The notes under the pieces: generated by a model
Database searches by the model: none
The model's input: only the letters and a program-made list of their open reading frames with translations
What the model was told of the DNA's origin: nothing
Program-made: the position numbers and the translations under genes
Sequence record: OQ357823.1
Strand: one strand, 5' to 3'
Length of the DNA: 43,449 nucleotides
Origin: Escherichia phage CY1_Cui-2023
Shown: piece after piece, positions 32,047-40,963 of the stretch
How the letters are laid out: each line of letters begins with the position of its first letter
How positions within the stretch are numbered: the first letter of the stretch is position 1

Positions 32047-32991
32047 ATGGCCATTAAATTTGATGCAGAACAAGCAAAAATCACCGCTCACCTAGAGCAA
32101 ATGGGCGTAGATAAGGCTGATGCTGCTGGTATCTGGACCGTTAAGCAGTTAACCGCATCACTGAATCGCGCTTACGAAAAAGAATACGCAGACAACTCAG
32201 TTGTCAACATCTTCCCAGTAACCAACGAAATCCCTGGTCACGCGAAATACTTCGAATACCCTGAGTTCGATGGTGTTGGTATTGCTCAGATCATCGCTGA
32301 TTACTCTGACGACCTGCCGCTGGTTGATGCTTTCATGACCGAGAAGCAGGGTAAAGTATTCCGCTTCGGTAATGCGTTTATGATCTCAGTTGATGAGATT
32401 AAAGTTGGCGCTGCTACTGGTCAGTCACTGTCCGCTCGCAAACAGGCTTTGGCTTTTGAAGCTCACGACAACCTGCTTGATAAACTGGTATGGTCTGGCT
32501 CTGCACCTCACGGCATCGTAGGCGTATTTAACCAGCCGAACATCAACAACGTTGTTGCAACTCCAAACTGGAGCAATCCAATTAACGCGGTTAACGACGT
32601 TACCGCAATGATTGATGCTGTAGAAACCAGCACACAGGGCTTCCACCATGTAACTGACATTCTGCTGCCAGCTTCCGCTCGCCGTGTAATGCAGCGCCTT
32701 GTTGATAATACAACCCTGAGCTATGGCGAGTTGTTTACTCGTAACAACCCAGGTGTAACCCTGCGCTTTATGCAGTTCCTGGATAACTACGATGGTGCTG
32801 GCGGTAAAGCTGCGCTGGCGTTTGAAAAGGATCCGCTCAACATGAGCATCGAGATTCCGGAAGTTACAAACGTTTTACCTGGTCAGCCTCGTGATCTTCA
32901 CTTCCGCTTCCCTGTAACCTCTAAGGCGACAGGTTTGATTTTATATCGCCCTCTTACAGTGGCAGCTATCAAAGGAATTACCTTTGCCTAA
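32047..32991 (+). CDS. major capsid protein
   Basis: 314-aa ORF with SD AAGGAA, positioned after portal/scaffold/decoration genes; abundant-protein-like codon usage. Confidence 0.7.
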   Translation: MAIKFDAEQAKITAHLEQMGVDKADAAGIWTVKQLTASLNRAYEKEYADNSVVNIFPVTNEIPGHAKYFEYPEFDGVGIAQIIADYSDDLPLVDAFMTEKQGKVFRFGNAFMISVDEIKVGAATGQSLSARKQALAFEAHDNLLDKLVWSGSAPHGIVGVFNQPNINNVVATPNWSNPINAVNDVTAMIDAVETSTQGFHHVTDILLPASARRVMQRLVDNTTLSYGELFTRNNPGVTLRFMQFLDNYDGAGGKAALAFEKDPLNMSIEIPEVTNVLPGQPRDLHFRFPVTSKATGLILYRPLTVAAIKGITFA

Positions 32992-33034
32992 TAGCACTAA
33001 ATGACAAAACAATACCACCGAAAGGTGGTATTTT
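32992..33034 (+). promoter_or_regulatory. degenerate dyad operator (TAGCA-ctaaa-TGACA) with terminator hairpin in spacer, upstream of second HNH gene
   Basis: Dyad 32992-33006 right after capsid stop; hairpin ACCACC-GAAA-GGTGGT plus TTTTT 33013-33035; weak -10 TATTTT 33029-33034; leader CATCAAAACAATGGAGG. Confidence 0.35.
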
Positions 33035-33062
33035 TGTTTCCATCAAAACAATGGAGGCGAAA

Positions 33063-33659
33063 ATGAAAATTGAAGAACTACTAACTCACGAAGAGCTAAC
33101 ATCAAGACTTGAATCAGATTCTGAAAGTCCCGTTATGACATGGAAAGTAAAGCCGGGAAATGATAGGTTTACAAATGTATGGAATTCAAGGTACGCCGGA
33201 AAGGTTGCTGGAGGTGAATTCACTCCAAACCCAACATGCCCAGAAAGTAAGATGTGGAAGCTATGTATTAAAGTTTCCGGGAAGAAGTTTCACGTTTCAA
33301 TGCATAAGTTAAAGTGGTTTTATCATCACGGGAGTTGGCCGACAGGTGAGATAGATCACATTGATGGTAACTCATTAAACAATAGGGTGGAAAACCTAAG
33401 GGTTGTTACTCGAAGTGAGAACATGATGAATACGAGCCTATACAAAAGGAACAAGAGTGGATTTAAAGGTGTTAGCTACGATAAATCAAGGGGGAAGTGG
33501 AAAGCCCAGATACAAAAGGATTGCGGAGATGTAAGGATGGCTAAAAGGTTTGACACAATTGAAGAGGCTAAGGAGTGTTACGACAGTTGGTGTAAAGAAA
33601 TATTCGGCGAGTACGGAAACGCCAATGGGGTTCACGAAGGCGATTGTTTAGTGCTATAA
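33063..33659 (+). CDS. HNH homing endonuclease with AP2-like domain (paralog of 26892-27398)
   Basis: EIDHIDGNSLNNRVENLRVVTRSEN then KSGFKGVSY...GKWKAQI...FDTIEEA, parallel to the first HNH; GGAGG SD before ATG 33063. Confidence 0.8.
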   Translation: MKIEELLTHEELTSRLESDSESPVMTWKVKPGNDRFTNVWNSRYAGKVAGGEFTPNPTCPESKMWKLCIKVSGKKFHVSMHKLKWFYHHGSWPTGEIDHIDGNSLNNRVENLRVVTRSENMMNTSLYKRNKSGFKGVSYDKSRGKWKAQIQKDCGDVRMAKRFDTIEEAKECYDSWCKEIFGEYGNANGVHEGDCLVL

Positions 33660-33689
33660 TCAATCATCAATTAATAAAAGGAGCAAGTA

Positions 33690-33935
33690 ATGATTAAGTT
33701 AGAACACACTGGCGCGTGCATGATTGTTTATAAAGGTGCTAAATACTTACCTGGCGACACAATTGAAGCAAGTGAGCTTTGTGATGGACTGAAACGCCTG
33801 ATTGCTGAAGGTAAGCTCACTATTGAAGGTGACTACAAGGCAACTAAAGAAGTGGCGCAAGAAATCAACAGTAAGAAAAAACGCAAAGAACCAAAGACCA
33901 TCTCTGAAGCCGAGACTGGCAACGAGTACAAATAA
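33690..33935 (+). CDS. hypothetical protein, 81 aa
   Basis: SD AAAGGAG before ATG 33690. Confidence 0.5.
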   Translation: MIKLEHTGACMIVYKGAKYLPGDTIEASELCDGLKRLIAEGKLTIEGDYKATKEVAQEINSKKKRKEPKTISEAETGNEYK

Positions 33936-33941
33936 CAAAAT

Positions 33942-33964
33942 GGGCGCTTCGGCGTCCGTTTTTG
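33942..33964 (+). terminator. intrinsic terminator
   Basis: GGGCGC-TTCG-GCGTCC hairpin followed by GTTTTT. Confidence 0.55.
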
Positions 33965-33976
33965 TATGGAGGTAAT

Positions 33977-34093
33977 ATGTCATTATTTTTAGCGGTTATG
34001 TCAGTACTTCTATTCATCCCAATGTCTTTGGTTGGTTTGATTCTTATTGCTGCATTTATTAATGGCGACCTATTCCGGAGGTTTTATGAATGA
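33977..34093 (+). CDS. hypothetical small membrane peptide, 38 aa
   Basis: GGAGG SD before ATG 33977; translation MSLFLAVMSVLLFIPMSLVGLILIAAFINGDLFRRFYE. Confidence 0.3.
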   Translation: MSLFLAVMSVLLFIPMSLVGLILIAAFINGDLFRRFYE

Positions 34094-34481
34094 ACAAGCA
34101 TTAGCATTCATGAGGTCATTAGTTCCTGCCCTTAAGAATGTTTCTGATGAAACACTTGACGTATGGCTTGAACTGGCTAAACTTTACATCTGCACTAGTA
34201 AGTTTGGTGATGATGCTTACAAGGCACTTGCACTGTACACTATGCACATTGCCTTTCTTGATGGTGCACTTAAGCAGAATGAGTCTTTGGATGATTACGG
34301 TAAGAAGGTGGCAAGTTACTCCCTGAGTGGTGAGTTCTCTATCAGCTATGAATCAACGTCTCAATCACAATCAGCACTGACTTCCACCCCGTGGGGTCGT
34401 CTGTACTGGAACCTTCTGCGTAAGAAAGGTGGTGGCTTTGGATTGGTTACGTCCGGTGGGCGTGGGTGCGGTTGCCGATGA
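34086..34481 (+). CDS. putative head-tail connector / head completion protein
   Basis: ORF in the connector position between head and tail genes; GGAGG SD before ATG 34086 (track start 34047 is TTG). Confidence 0.45.
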   Translation: MNEQALAFMRSLVPALKNVSDETLDVWLELAKLYICTSKFGDDAYKALALYTMHIAFLDGALKQNESLDDYGKKVASYSLSGEFSISYESTSQSQSALTSTPWGRLYWNLLRKKGGGFGLVTSGGRGCGCR

Positions 34482-34849
34482 ATTACTCTCAAATCGAATC
34501 ATTAATGCGAGCGGGAATCAATATCTTTAGTGATGGCGATGGTACGTTTACCATGGAAACTGGTAAAGGTGGGGTGGAGATTGTCGATGGTGTCGAGGTT
34601 CCTGTATCTGGCGGCACTGCATTAATCAAGGGGCTGGTGAGGGAGATTAAAACCAGAGATATTGATGGTGAGTATATTCAGTTTGGCGATAAGCGTGGAA
34701 TCTTCACTTCCGAGGTGCCAATCTTGCAAGGCTACAGGATTATTGTTGATGACGAAACTTACACTGTAGTCGACCCGAGACCAGTGAAACCAACAGGTAC
34801 TGTAGTCGCATACAGGCCAATTCTGAGGAGGATTGCTGCTTATGGCTAA
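34478..34849 (+). CDS. putative head-tail joining protein
   Basis: ATGA-coupled ORF in the connector region. Confidence 0.45.
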   Translation: MNYSQIESLMRAGINIFSDGDGTFTMETGKGGVEIVDGVEVPVSGGTALIKGLVREIKTRDIDGEYIQFGDKRGIFTSEVPILQGYRIIVDDETYTVVDPRPVKPTGTVVAYRPILRRIAAYG

Positions 34850-35279
34850 TAATGTTGGTGGCTTAGCTACATTCACGAACTCTATCAATGACTGGATTTC
34901 AAGAGCTGATGATGGTTTTTCTGAAATTGTTTCAGGCACTGTAATTAAAGCAGCTAACGCCATTGTTGATTTATCTCCTGTTGATACTGGTAGGTTTAAG
35001 GCTAACTGGCAGATTACAGCAAACTCACCAGCAGTACAGTCGTTAAATGATTACGACAAGACTGGCGGTGATACAAAAAGGTACCTTGCAAGACAAGCCA
35101 GAGCAGTAGCTAACTCACCAGCAACAAAGGTTATCTACATAACCAACAGGCTAGATTATGCGTCAGATCTTGAATACGGTGCATCGCAGCAAGCGCCAGC
35201 AGGTGTACTTGGTGTAGTTAATATCAGACTTGGTCGATACTTTGAGGAAGCCGTTGCTGAAGCGAGGAGTAAACGATAA
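34842..35279 (+). CDS. putative head-tail adaptor / tail completion protein
   Basis: SD GAGGAGG before ATG 34842; coupled to neighbours. Confidence 0.45.
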   Translation: MANNVGGLATFTNSINDWISRADDGFSEIVSGTVIKAANAIVDLSPVDTGRFKANWQITANSPAVQSLNDYDKTGGDTKRYLARQARAVANSPATKVIYITNRLDYASDLEYGASQQAPAGVLGVVNIRLGRYFEEAVAEARSKR

Positions 35280-35677
35280 TGCAGTATGAGCTATCTTTAG
35301 CATCAAGGAGGTTTGTGACTGATTTGGTTAAAACGTTTCCAGTCAGGTATCCAATCTCCTACGAAAACGTAGCATTCTCTCCTCCAAGTAATGGCGGTAT
35401 GTGGCTGAAGTACGACTACACTGAGGCCGATACCGTAACCTATAGCTTGAGTCGCAAGTGCAAATACTATGTCGGCATGGTTCAGGTCTCTGTATTTTTC
35501 TCACCAGGTGATGGTGTTGATAGCGCAAGGAGGTTGGCGAATCAATTGGCAGAATCAATGCTTGATGGTACAATGCTTGACACAGGCTACATTTATGAGG
35601 GCGGAGTAGTTCACCCGGTAGTGAAGTCAAAATCTGGCTGGTTTATTCCAGTTCGTTTCTATGTTCGTCTTGACTAA
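35279..35677 (+). CDS. putative tail terminator protein
   Basis: TAATG-coupled ORF immediately upstream of the major tail gene. Confidence 0.45.
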   Translation: MQYELSLASRRFVTDLVKTFPVRYPISYENVAFSPPSNGGMWLKYDYTEADTVTYSLSRKCKYYVGMVQVSVFFSPGDGVDSARRLANQLAESMLDGTMLDTGYIYEGGVVHPVVKSKSGWFIPVRFYVRLD

Positions 35678-35688
35678 AAGGAAAATAT

Positions 35689-36348
35689 ATGGCCCATCTC
35701 AGCAATGGCACCCAGGTCTTCGTAGAGGGCACTAGGGGTAATACTATCGACGTAACAGCAATTACCAATGCTGTTGCTCCTGTTTTAACTTTGTCCGACG
35801 CCACAGGTATTGCGCGCGGGGATTACCTGCTGTTCACCAGCTCAGCTTCAACACTTCTGGCTGATAAGCAAGTTCGTGTCACCGCGGTATCTGGTTCGGA
35901 CGTAACTGTTGAAGGTATTGATACCTCCAACAACACTAAGTTTCCAGCCGGTTTAACTGGTGAAGTAGTTAAGATTCTTAGCTGGTTTGAAGTTCCTTGT
36001 GTTCAGGATGTATCCACTGACGGCGGCGAACAGCAGTTCGTTAACTTCCAGTGTTTATCTGATGACCGCGAGCAACAGATTCCAACCTATAAGTCTGCGG
36101 TAACTAACACCTACACGTTCGCGCACGAATACACCAACCCGGTATATCCGATTCTGCGTAACTATGATGAGTCTGGTCAGGTTGTTGCTATCCGTCTGTT
36201 CGTGCCTCGCGCTAGTGAGATGCGACTTCAGTCTGGCACTATCTCTTTCAACGACACCCCGAGCATTGGTGTTAACGAAATCGAAACGGTATCCATCGCG
36301 GTATCCATCCGTGGTAGGCTGAGTTCTGTGGCTTCTGAGCTAGTATAA
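35689..36348 (+). CDS. major tail protein
   Basis: 219-aa ORF with SD AAAGGAAA, followed by a strong terminator and then the chaperone and tape-measure genes. Confidence 0.65.
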   Translation: MAHLSNGTQVFVEGTRGNTIDVTAITNAVAPVLTLSDATGIARGDYLLFTSSASTLLADKQVRVTAVSGSDVTVEGIDTSNNTKFPAGLTGEVVKILSWFEVPCVQDVSTDGGEQQFVNFQCLSDDREQQIPTYKSAVTNTYTFAHEYTNPVYPILRNYDESGQVVAIRLFVPRASEMRLQSGTISFNDTPSIGVNEIETVSIAVSIRGRLSSVASELV

Positions 36349-36353
36349 AATTA

Positions 36354-36375
36354 ACCCTCTTCGGAGGGTTTTTTA
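36354..36375 (+). terminator. intrinsic terminator after major tail gene
   Basis: CCCTC-TTCG-GAGGG followed by TTTTTT. Confidence 0.7.
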
Positions 36376-36379
36376 TTGA

Positions 36380-36422
36380 TAGCACTTTTTGTTAAAGACG
36401 TGTGGCAGGGATTTGCTATTAT
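36380..36422 (+). promoter_or_regulatory. dyad-operator promoter (TAGCA-ctttt-TGTTA) with -10 TATTAT
   Basis: Dyad 36380-36394; -10 36417-36422; leader ATCGAAACGAGATGG before ATG 36462. Confidence 0.5.
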
Positions 36423-36461
36423 TACTTTATCGAAACGAGATGGATTATAGAGGTAAACAAA

Positions 36462-36602
36462 ATGATTTTAATTGGTATGCTGACCGCTTTTTTCTATTAT
36501 GCTACAGGTCTAACCTTTTGGGTATCATTAGGTGCAGCCATAGGCACTTACTTCGTATCTGCTTTGCTTGCTTTAATTGTGAGAGCGCTGCGTAATCGCT
36601 AA
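36462..36602 (+). CDS. hypothetical small membrane protein, 46 aa
   Basis: ATG 36462 after conserved leader; two hydrophobic segments (LIGMLTAFFYYATGLTFWVSLGAAIGTYFVSALLALIV). Confidence 0.35.
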   Translation: MILIGMLTAFFYYATGLTFWVSLGAAIGTYFVSALLALIVRALRNR

Positions 36603-36620
36603 AACGAGAGAGAAAACAAA

Positions 36621-36869
36621 ATGAACAACGTTAAAAATATCATCAAACTTACTGCTGCTCTTGGTGCTTTCTACCTGGCAATTCAGATTGTCAACCCAAC
36701 TGGTGGCGCAACCGCAAACTCTGATGCAATAAAGTATGAACATGAATTTAATAGTGCATATTCGCATTGTGAAAAAGTAGCTGGCGATAAGACAAACCAG
36801 ATTCTGCACTATGGTCGCGAAGTGTGCACCGAAGTTGCTCACAACATTGTAAAAAACGAATCAAAGTAA
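36621..36869 (+). CDS. hypothetical small secreted protein, 82 aa
   Basis: N-terminal signal-peptide-like IIKLTAALGAFYLAIQIV; leader AACGAGAGAGAAAACAAA. Confidence 0.45.
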   Translation: MNNVKNIIKLTAALGAFYLAIQIVNPTGGATANSDAIKYEHEFNSAYSHCEKVAGDKTNQILHYGREVCTEVAHNIVKNESK

Positions 36870-36904
36870 TATAATCATTCAACATAAACAAAGGAGATAA
36901 CGAG

Positions 36905-37219
36905 ATGGCAAAATTCAAACTTTCACTTAAGGCGCTTCCTGACTTTAAACTTCCAGTTAAGTTTCAGCTTGCGAATGGAGAGGACGCAGAAGTAGTCTTA
37001 ACAGTTAAGCACAAGAAATCATCTGAGTTACAGGAGATTCTTAATCGTGAAAACTTCAGCACTAAGGAATTGATTAGCGAAATCTGCTCTGACTGGGATT
37101 TAGAAGAACCATTTAACGATGAGAACGTCGATGAGTTTGCAAACCTTTTCCCTGGTGCAGTTCCATCGCTAATGGATAGCTACATGAAAGCACTTGCAGG
37201 GCAGCGAGTAAAAAACTAA
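36905..37219 (+). CDS. tail assembly chaperone (lambda gpG-like)
   Basis: 104-aa ORF with SD AAAGGAG directly upstream of the tape measure gene; ends at a slippery heptamer. Confidence 0.65.
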   Translation: MAKFKLSLKALPDFKLPVKFQLANGEDAEVVLTVKHKKSSELQEILNRENFSTKELISEICSDWDLEEPFNDENVDEFANLFPGAVPSLMDSYMKALAGQRVKN

Positions 37220-37533
37220 AACGCGCAGTATACTTACAATACCAGTCACCGCCAACGGATGCCGAACTCGAAGCTATCGGAATGAAACGTTCCGATTATG
37301 AAGGTGAGGAGCCTGAAGAGTTACACTTCGATGAAACAATGATGCAAAGCTGGGATGTGTACTGTGCTATGTCGACACAATGGCGAGTGGGTGCTTGCGG
37401 TGCCACAGGCCTTGATTATAATTGCCTTCCATTCTTGTTCAAAGTCTATAAAATAGATGATGAAGAAATGGTACTTAACGATATCAGAATACTTGAGGCT
37501 AAAGCCTTAGATATGATGAACGCCAAGAAATAG
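36905..37533 (+). CDS. tail assembly chaperone frameshift product (gpGT-like), made by -1 slip at 37210-37216
   Basis: After the slip the frame continues LKRAVYLQYQSPPTDAELEAIGMKRSDYEGE... to TAG 37531-37533 without stops. Confidence 0.5.
37210..37216 (+). other. programmed -1 ribosomal frameshift slippery site A_AAA_AAC
   Basis: Heptamer AAAAAAC at the last two sense codons of the chaperone gene; the -1 frame is open from here to 37533. Confidence 0.6.
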
Positions 37534-37556
37534 CCATCCTTCGGGGTGGCTTTTTT
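37532..37556 (+). terminator. hairpin plus T-run fused to tape-measure SD (TTTTTTATTATGGAGA)
   Basis: AGCCATCC-TTCG-GGGTGGCT followed by TTTTTT and GGAGA, 6 nt before ATG 37571. Confidence 0.5.
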
Positions 37557-37570
37557 ATTATGGAGACAAT

Positions 37571-40543
37571 ATGGCAACTAACGAAATTGCTGGTATCACG
37601 CTAGCCGTCGACGTCGCTCAGGTCGATAAGGGTACGCAATCATTACAGAAATTCAGGCAAGCAAACGAGCAAGCTGCAACGGGAATCAATAGCTTCATCA
37701 ACGCCGAGCTTGTAGCCAAGACTCAAGCAAGGGACACTGCAAGGCAGCTTGAGGAACAGCGCAAATCTTTCGCATCACTTCAGAAAGCCATAGACCCAAC
37801 TGCCGCTAAATTCCAGAAGTTGCAGAAGGCAGCAACTGAATTAGACAAAGCATTTGAATCTGGGATAGTTCCTGATGAAGAATTCTTCAGGCTTGGCTCT
37901 GTTATTGAAACTCAAATCAATAAGCTCAACAGGTCTAAAGCTGCTCTTAGCGAGGAAGGTCGGGCTGCACTCCAGGCATCAATAGACAAAGAAAAGGCAA
38001 CAGCAGCGGCGCAAAAGTTCATTCAATCTCTTGAGAACGAGGCGAATGCAGCAAGCCTTACAAGGACTGAACTGCTTCAGCTTAAGGCTGCTCAGCTAGG
38101 GGTTAGTGACCAAGCTGCGCCTATTATCGACAGGATTGGTAAGGCTGCCGAGGCATCTGCTGTTCAGTTGCAGAAGCAGAGTTCCGCTTTTCTTAAGTCA
38201 GGTTTAAGCGCCGGTCAGTACAAGCAAGCGATTCGCCAGCTACCCGCTCAGATTACAGATATCGGAACTTCCCTTGCTAGCGGCATGCCAGTCTGGCTTG
38301 TTGCAATCCAACAGGGTGGGCAGATTAAGGATAGTTTTGGCGGTATTGGAAATACAGCAAGGTTTGCACTGGCAGCCATTAACCCATTAACAGCAGTTGT
38401 TGGGACTCTAGGCCTGGCTCTTGGCGCTTTGGGTGTTGCGGCTTATCAGGCCGATAAGAATGCTCGAGGACTAGCATCTACGATAACGTTGGTTGGCAAC
38501 TCAACTATCACGTCTACAGCGCAGATAAATCAGGTTGTTGATGGAATTGAGAGATCAACACTAGCTACTCGCGGACTTATTCAGGAAATAGCCAATAGCC
38601 TTGTGGCAAACGGAAACCTAACTCTTACGCAGATAGACAAGATAACTAAGGCAACAGCGCAGTGGGCGGCAGTAACATCAACCGATTCAAAGACCATTCT
38701 CGGGTACTTTGACCAAATTACAAAAGACCCTGTTAAAGGCCTTGCTGAGCTTGATAAGCAATTTAACTTCCTTCAAAGTGGGCAGTTAAAACACATAGAG
38801 AACTTAAGGAAGACAGCGGGAGAGACTGAGGCTGTAACAGCAGCTACTGAGTTATTTGCTAACGTTATGGAAAACAGGCTAGAAGATGTTGCACTAAGCC
38901 TCAATCCGCTAGAAAGTGCATGGAATAGCTTCAGGAAGTTTGTAAGTAATATTTGGGATGATATCGGCAAAAGGACACTTGGTGCTCTTAACTTAATAAC
39001 TGACGTTGTTGCTGGGACGATTGAGCAGATAAGGTCGTTCATAAACTCAGGCGACATTCTTCTTGGTGAATTTGCTATCGCTGCAACCAAGACGCTTCAG
39101 TCAATCCCGGGACTTGGCGATTTAGGCAATGAAGCAATCGCTGAGCAGCAAAAGATTGTCGATGCTGCCAAGAAGCAAAACATTGAGTTAGCTAAAAGCA
39201 TAGCTGAGCGAGACGCGAGAATCAGGAAGGGTGAACTTGGTTATGTCGAGAGCAACAATAACACTAACCTGAGCGGGAATAATGCATCAACAGATAAGGA
39301 GTTCGGAGCAAGGAAGAAAGCGCTAGCAGACGAGCTTGATGCAATAAAGAAATCGAGGAGCGAGAGGAATAAGGCAGTAAAAGAAGAAATGGATTTAACT
39401 TTATCTTATGAATCTGGTGTTCTTGCACTTCAGGCTCAGTTAAAGGCTTTGCAAGAGCATAGGACGATAAATGATGTAATAAGTAACGAACGAAAGCAGC
39501 TATTCCAGGAAGAAGCTAAGTTTGCAATACTTGAACAAAGATATGCTGATGGTAGCCTGACTAAGTCTCAAGCCAAACTGCTAGCGCAGAAGGATATCAT
39601 TCTTGAGCAAGCTAAACAGAAGGCTGAACTTGGTGACCGAATCGTTCTTCAGGAGCGGTCAAACAAGTTACTTGATGACAACCTTAAGAAGACAATACAG
39701 ATTACCAATGAGGCGAAGAATGTTTCACTTGCTGCTGGTCTATCCGAAAGGGAGCGGCAAAGGGCAAGAGAACTTCAGGCGCTAGAGTCCAATCAGTTAA
39801 ACAAAGGTGGATCTGTAGATGATGTTGATTTCCAGAATCTGCTGGAAGCAAGAAAAGAATACTACAGGCAGGAAGATAACCTAAGGTCAGACTGGCAAGC
39901 TGGTGTAACTTCAACGCTTGCTGACTTAACTGAGAAGTACACTGACTTCAACCAAATTGCTAAGGATTTGACTGTCGCAGCTTTTGATGGAATTACCGAC
40001 CAGATTACAAACCTTGTAACCACTGGTGAGACTAATTTCAGGGAGTTCACGGTAAGCATCCTCAAAATGATTGCGAAGATTGCGACACAGCTTCTGATTG
40101 TTAAGGCTATTGAGTCAAGTTTGAGTAGCTTTGGTGGCACTGGCGGCGCAATTGGTTCAATTGGTAGTGCGCTTGGATTTGCTGGCGGCGGCTACACTGG
40201 TGACGGTGGGAAGTATCAACCTGCTGGAACGGTGCACAAAGGTGAATTTGTTTTCACCAAAGAAGCAACCAACAGGATTGGCGTTAAGAACCTGTACAAG
40301 CTGATGCGAGGTTATGCCAATGGTGGCGCTGTTGGTGGGCCTTCTGGCTATGCTAATGGTGGAGTTGTTGGCGGTACAAATGTTAATGTAAGCGGAATCA
40401 CTGTTAACGTGAATTCTGGAATCGGTGGCGGTAATGATGCTAAGGCGATAGAATCTGGAGTCAAGGTTATCGTGGCTGAGGAAATCAGCAAGTCATTCCA
40501 GCAGGGTGGCAGGGCCTTTGCTTTCTTGCGAGGTTATAATTAA
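37571..40543 (+). CDS. tail tape measure protein, 990 aa
   Basis: Very long Ala/Gln/Lys-rich helical ORF with C-terminal Gly-rich segment, located between chaperone and M/L/K/I genes. Confidence 0.85.
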   Translation: MATNEIAGITLAVDVAQVDKGTQSLQKFRQANEQAATGINSFINAELVAKTQARDTARQLEEQRKSFASLQKAIDPTAAKFQKLQKAATELDKAFESGIVPDEEFFRLGSVIETQINKLNRSKAALSEEGRAALQASIDKEKATAAAQKFIQSLENEANAASLTRTELLQLKAAQLGVSDQAAPIIDRIGKAAEASAVQLQKQSSAFLKSGLSAGQYKQAIRQLPAQITDIGTSLASGMPVWLVAIQQGGQIKDSFGGIGNTARFALAAINPLTAVVGTLGLALGALGVAAYQADKNARGLASTITLVGNSTITSTAQINQVVDGIERSTLATRGLIQEIANSLVANGNLTLTQIDKITKATAQWAAVTSTDSKTILGYFDQITKDPVKGLAELDKQFNFLQSGQLKHIENLRKTAGETEAVTAATELFANVMENRLEDVALSLNPLESAWNSFRKFVSNIWDDIGKRTLGALNLITDVVAGTIEQIRSFINSGDILLGEFAIAATKTLQSIPGLGDLGNEAIAEQQKIVDAAKKQNIELAKSIAERDARIRKGELGYVESNNNTNLSGNNASTDKEFGARKKALADELDAIKKSRSERNKAVKEEMDLTLSYESGVLALQAQLKALQEHRTINDVISNERKQLFQEEAKFAILEQRYADGSLTKSQAKLLAQKDIILEQAKQKAELGDRIVLQERSNKLLDDNLKKTIQITNEAKNVSLAAGLSERERQRARELQALESNQLNKGGSVDDVDFQNLLEARKEYYRQEDNLRSDWQAGVTSTLADLTEKYTDFNQIAKDLTVAAFDGITDQITNLVTTGETNFREFTVSILKMIAKIATQLLIVKAIESSLSSFGGTGGAIGSIGSALGFAGGGYTGDGGKYQPAGTVHKGEFVFTKEATNRIGVKNLYKLMRGYANGGAVGGPSGYANGGVVGGTNVNVSGITVNVNSGIGGGNDAKAIESGVKVIVAEEISKSFQQGGRAFAFLRGYN

Positions 40544-40574
40544 TTAATGTGGCTTCGGACACTAAGGATTTTAA

Positions 40575-40925
40575 ATGGCATTGCAAACTTTTAACTGGTG
40601 CTTGAACGTTCTCAATGGCGGCTCTTCATTTACTAACGCCAACAATGTTAGGGTTGTCTCATTTGGGAATGGATTTCAGCAGCGTGGTACTGGAGGCTAC
40701 AGAACGAATAAAAGGACGTATACGGTTAGCTACGTTGGTCGTGAGTGGGAAGCAGTAATGAACTTCTGCTTCGATCACATCGTAAAACCTTTCGCGTGGA
40801 CTACGCCGCAGGGTGAGTTAAAACTGTTCGTTATTCAGCAGGATAGCATTAGCGTCTCGCCAAGCACGAAAGAAGTTCAGACTGTTAGTATGCAATTTAC
40901 TGAAGTTTTCACCTCAATGAGTTAA
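40575..40925 (+). CDS. minor tail protein (lambda gpM-like)
   Basis: 116-aa ORF after the tape measure gene, SD AAGGA. Confidence 0.65.
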   Translation: MALQTFNWCLNVLNGGSSFTNANNVRVVSFGNGFQQRGTGGYRTNKRTYTVSYVGREWEAVMNFCFDHIVKPFAWTTPQGELKLFVIQQDSISVSPSTKEVQTVSMQFTEVFTSMS

Positions 40926-40929
40926 ACTA

Positions 40930-40952
40930 AGGCCCATAGAGGGCCTTTTTTA
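40930..40952 (+). terminator. hairpin plus T-run fused to SD (CCTTTTTTATTGGAGAG)
   Basis: AGGCCC-ATAGA-GGGCCT followed by TTTTTT and GGAGAG before ATG 40964. Confidence 0.5.
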
Positions 40953-40963
40953 TTGGAGAGAGT

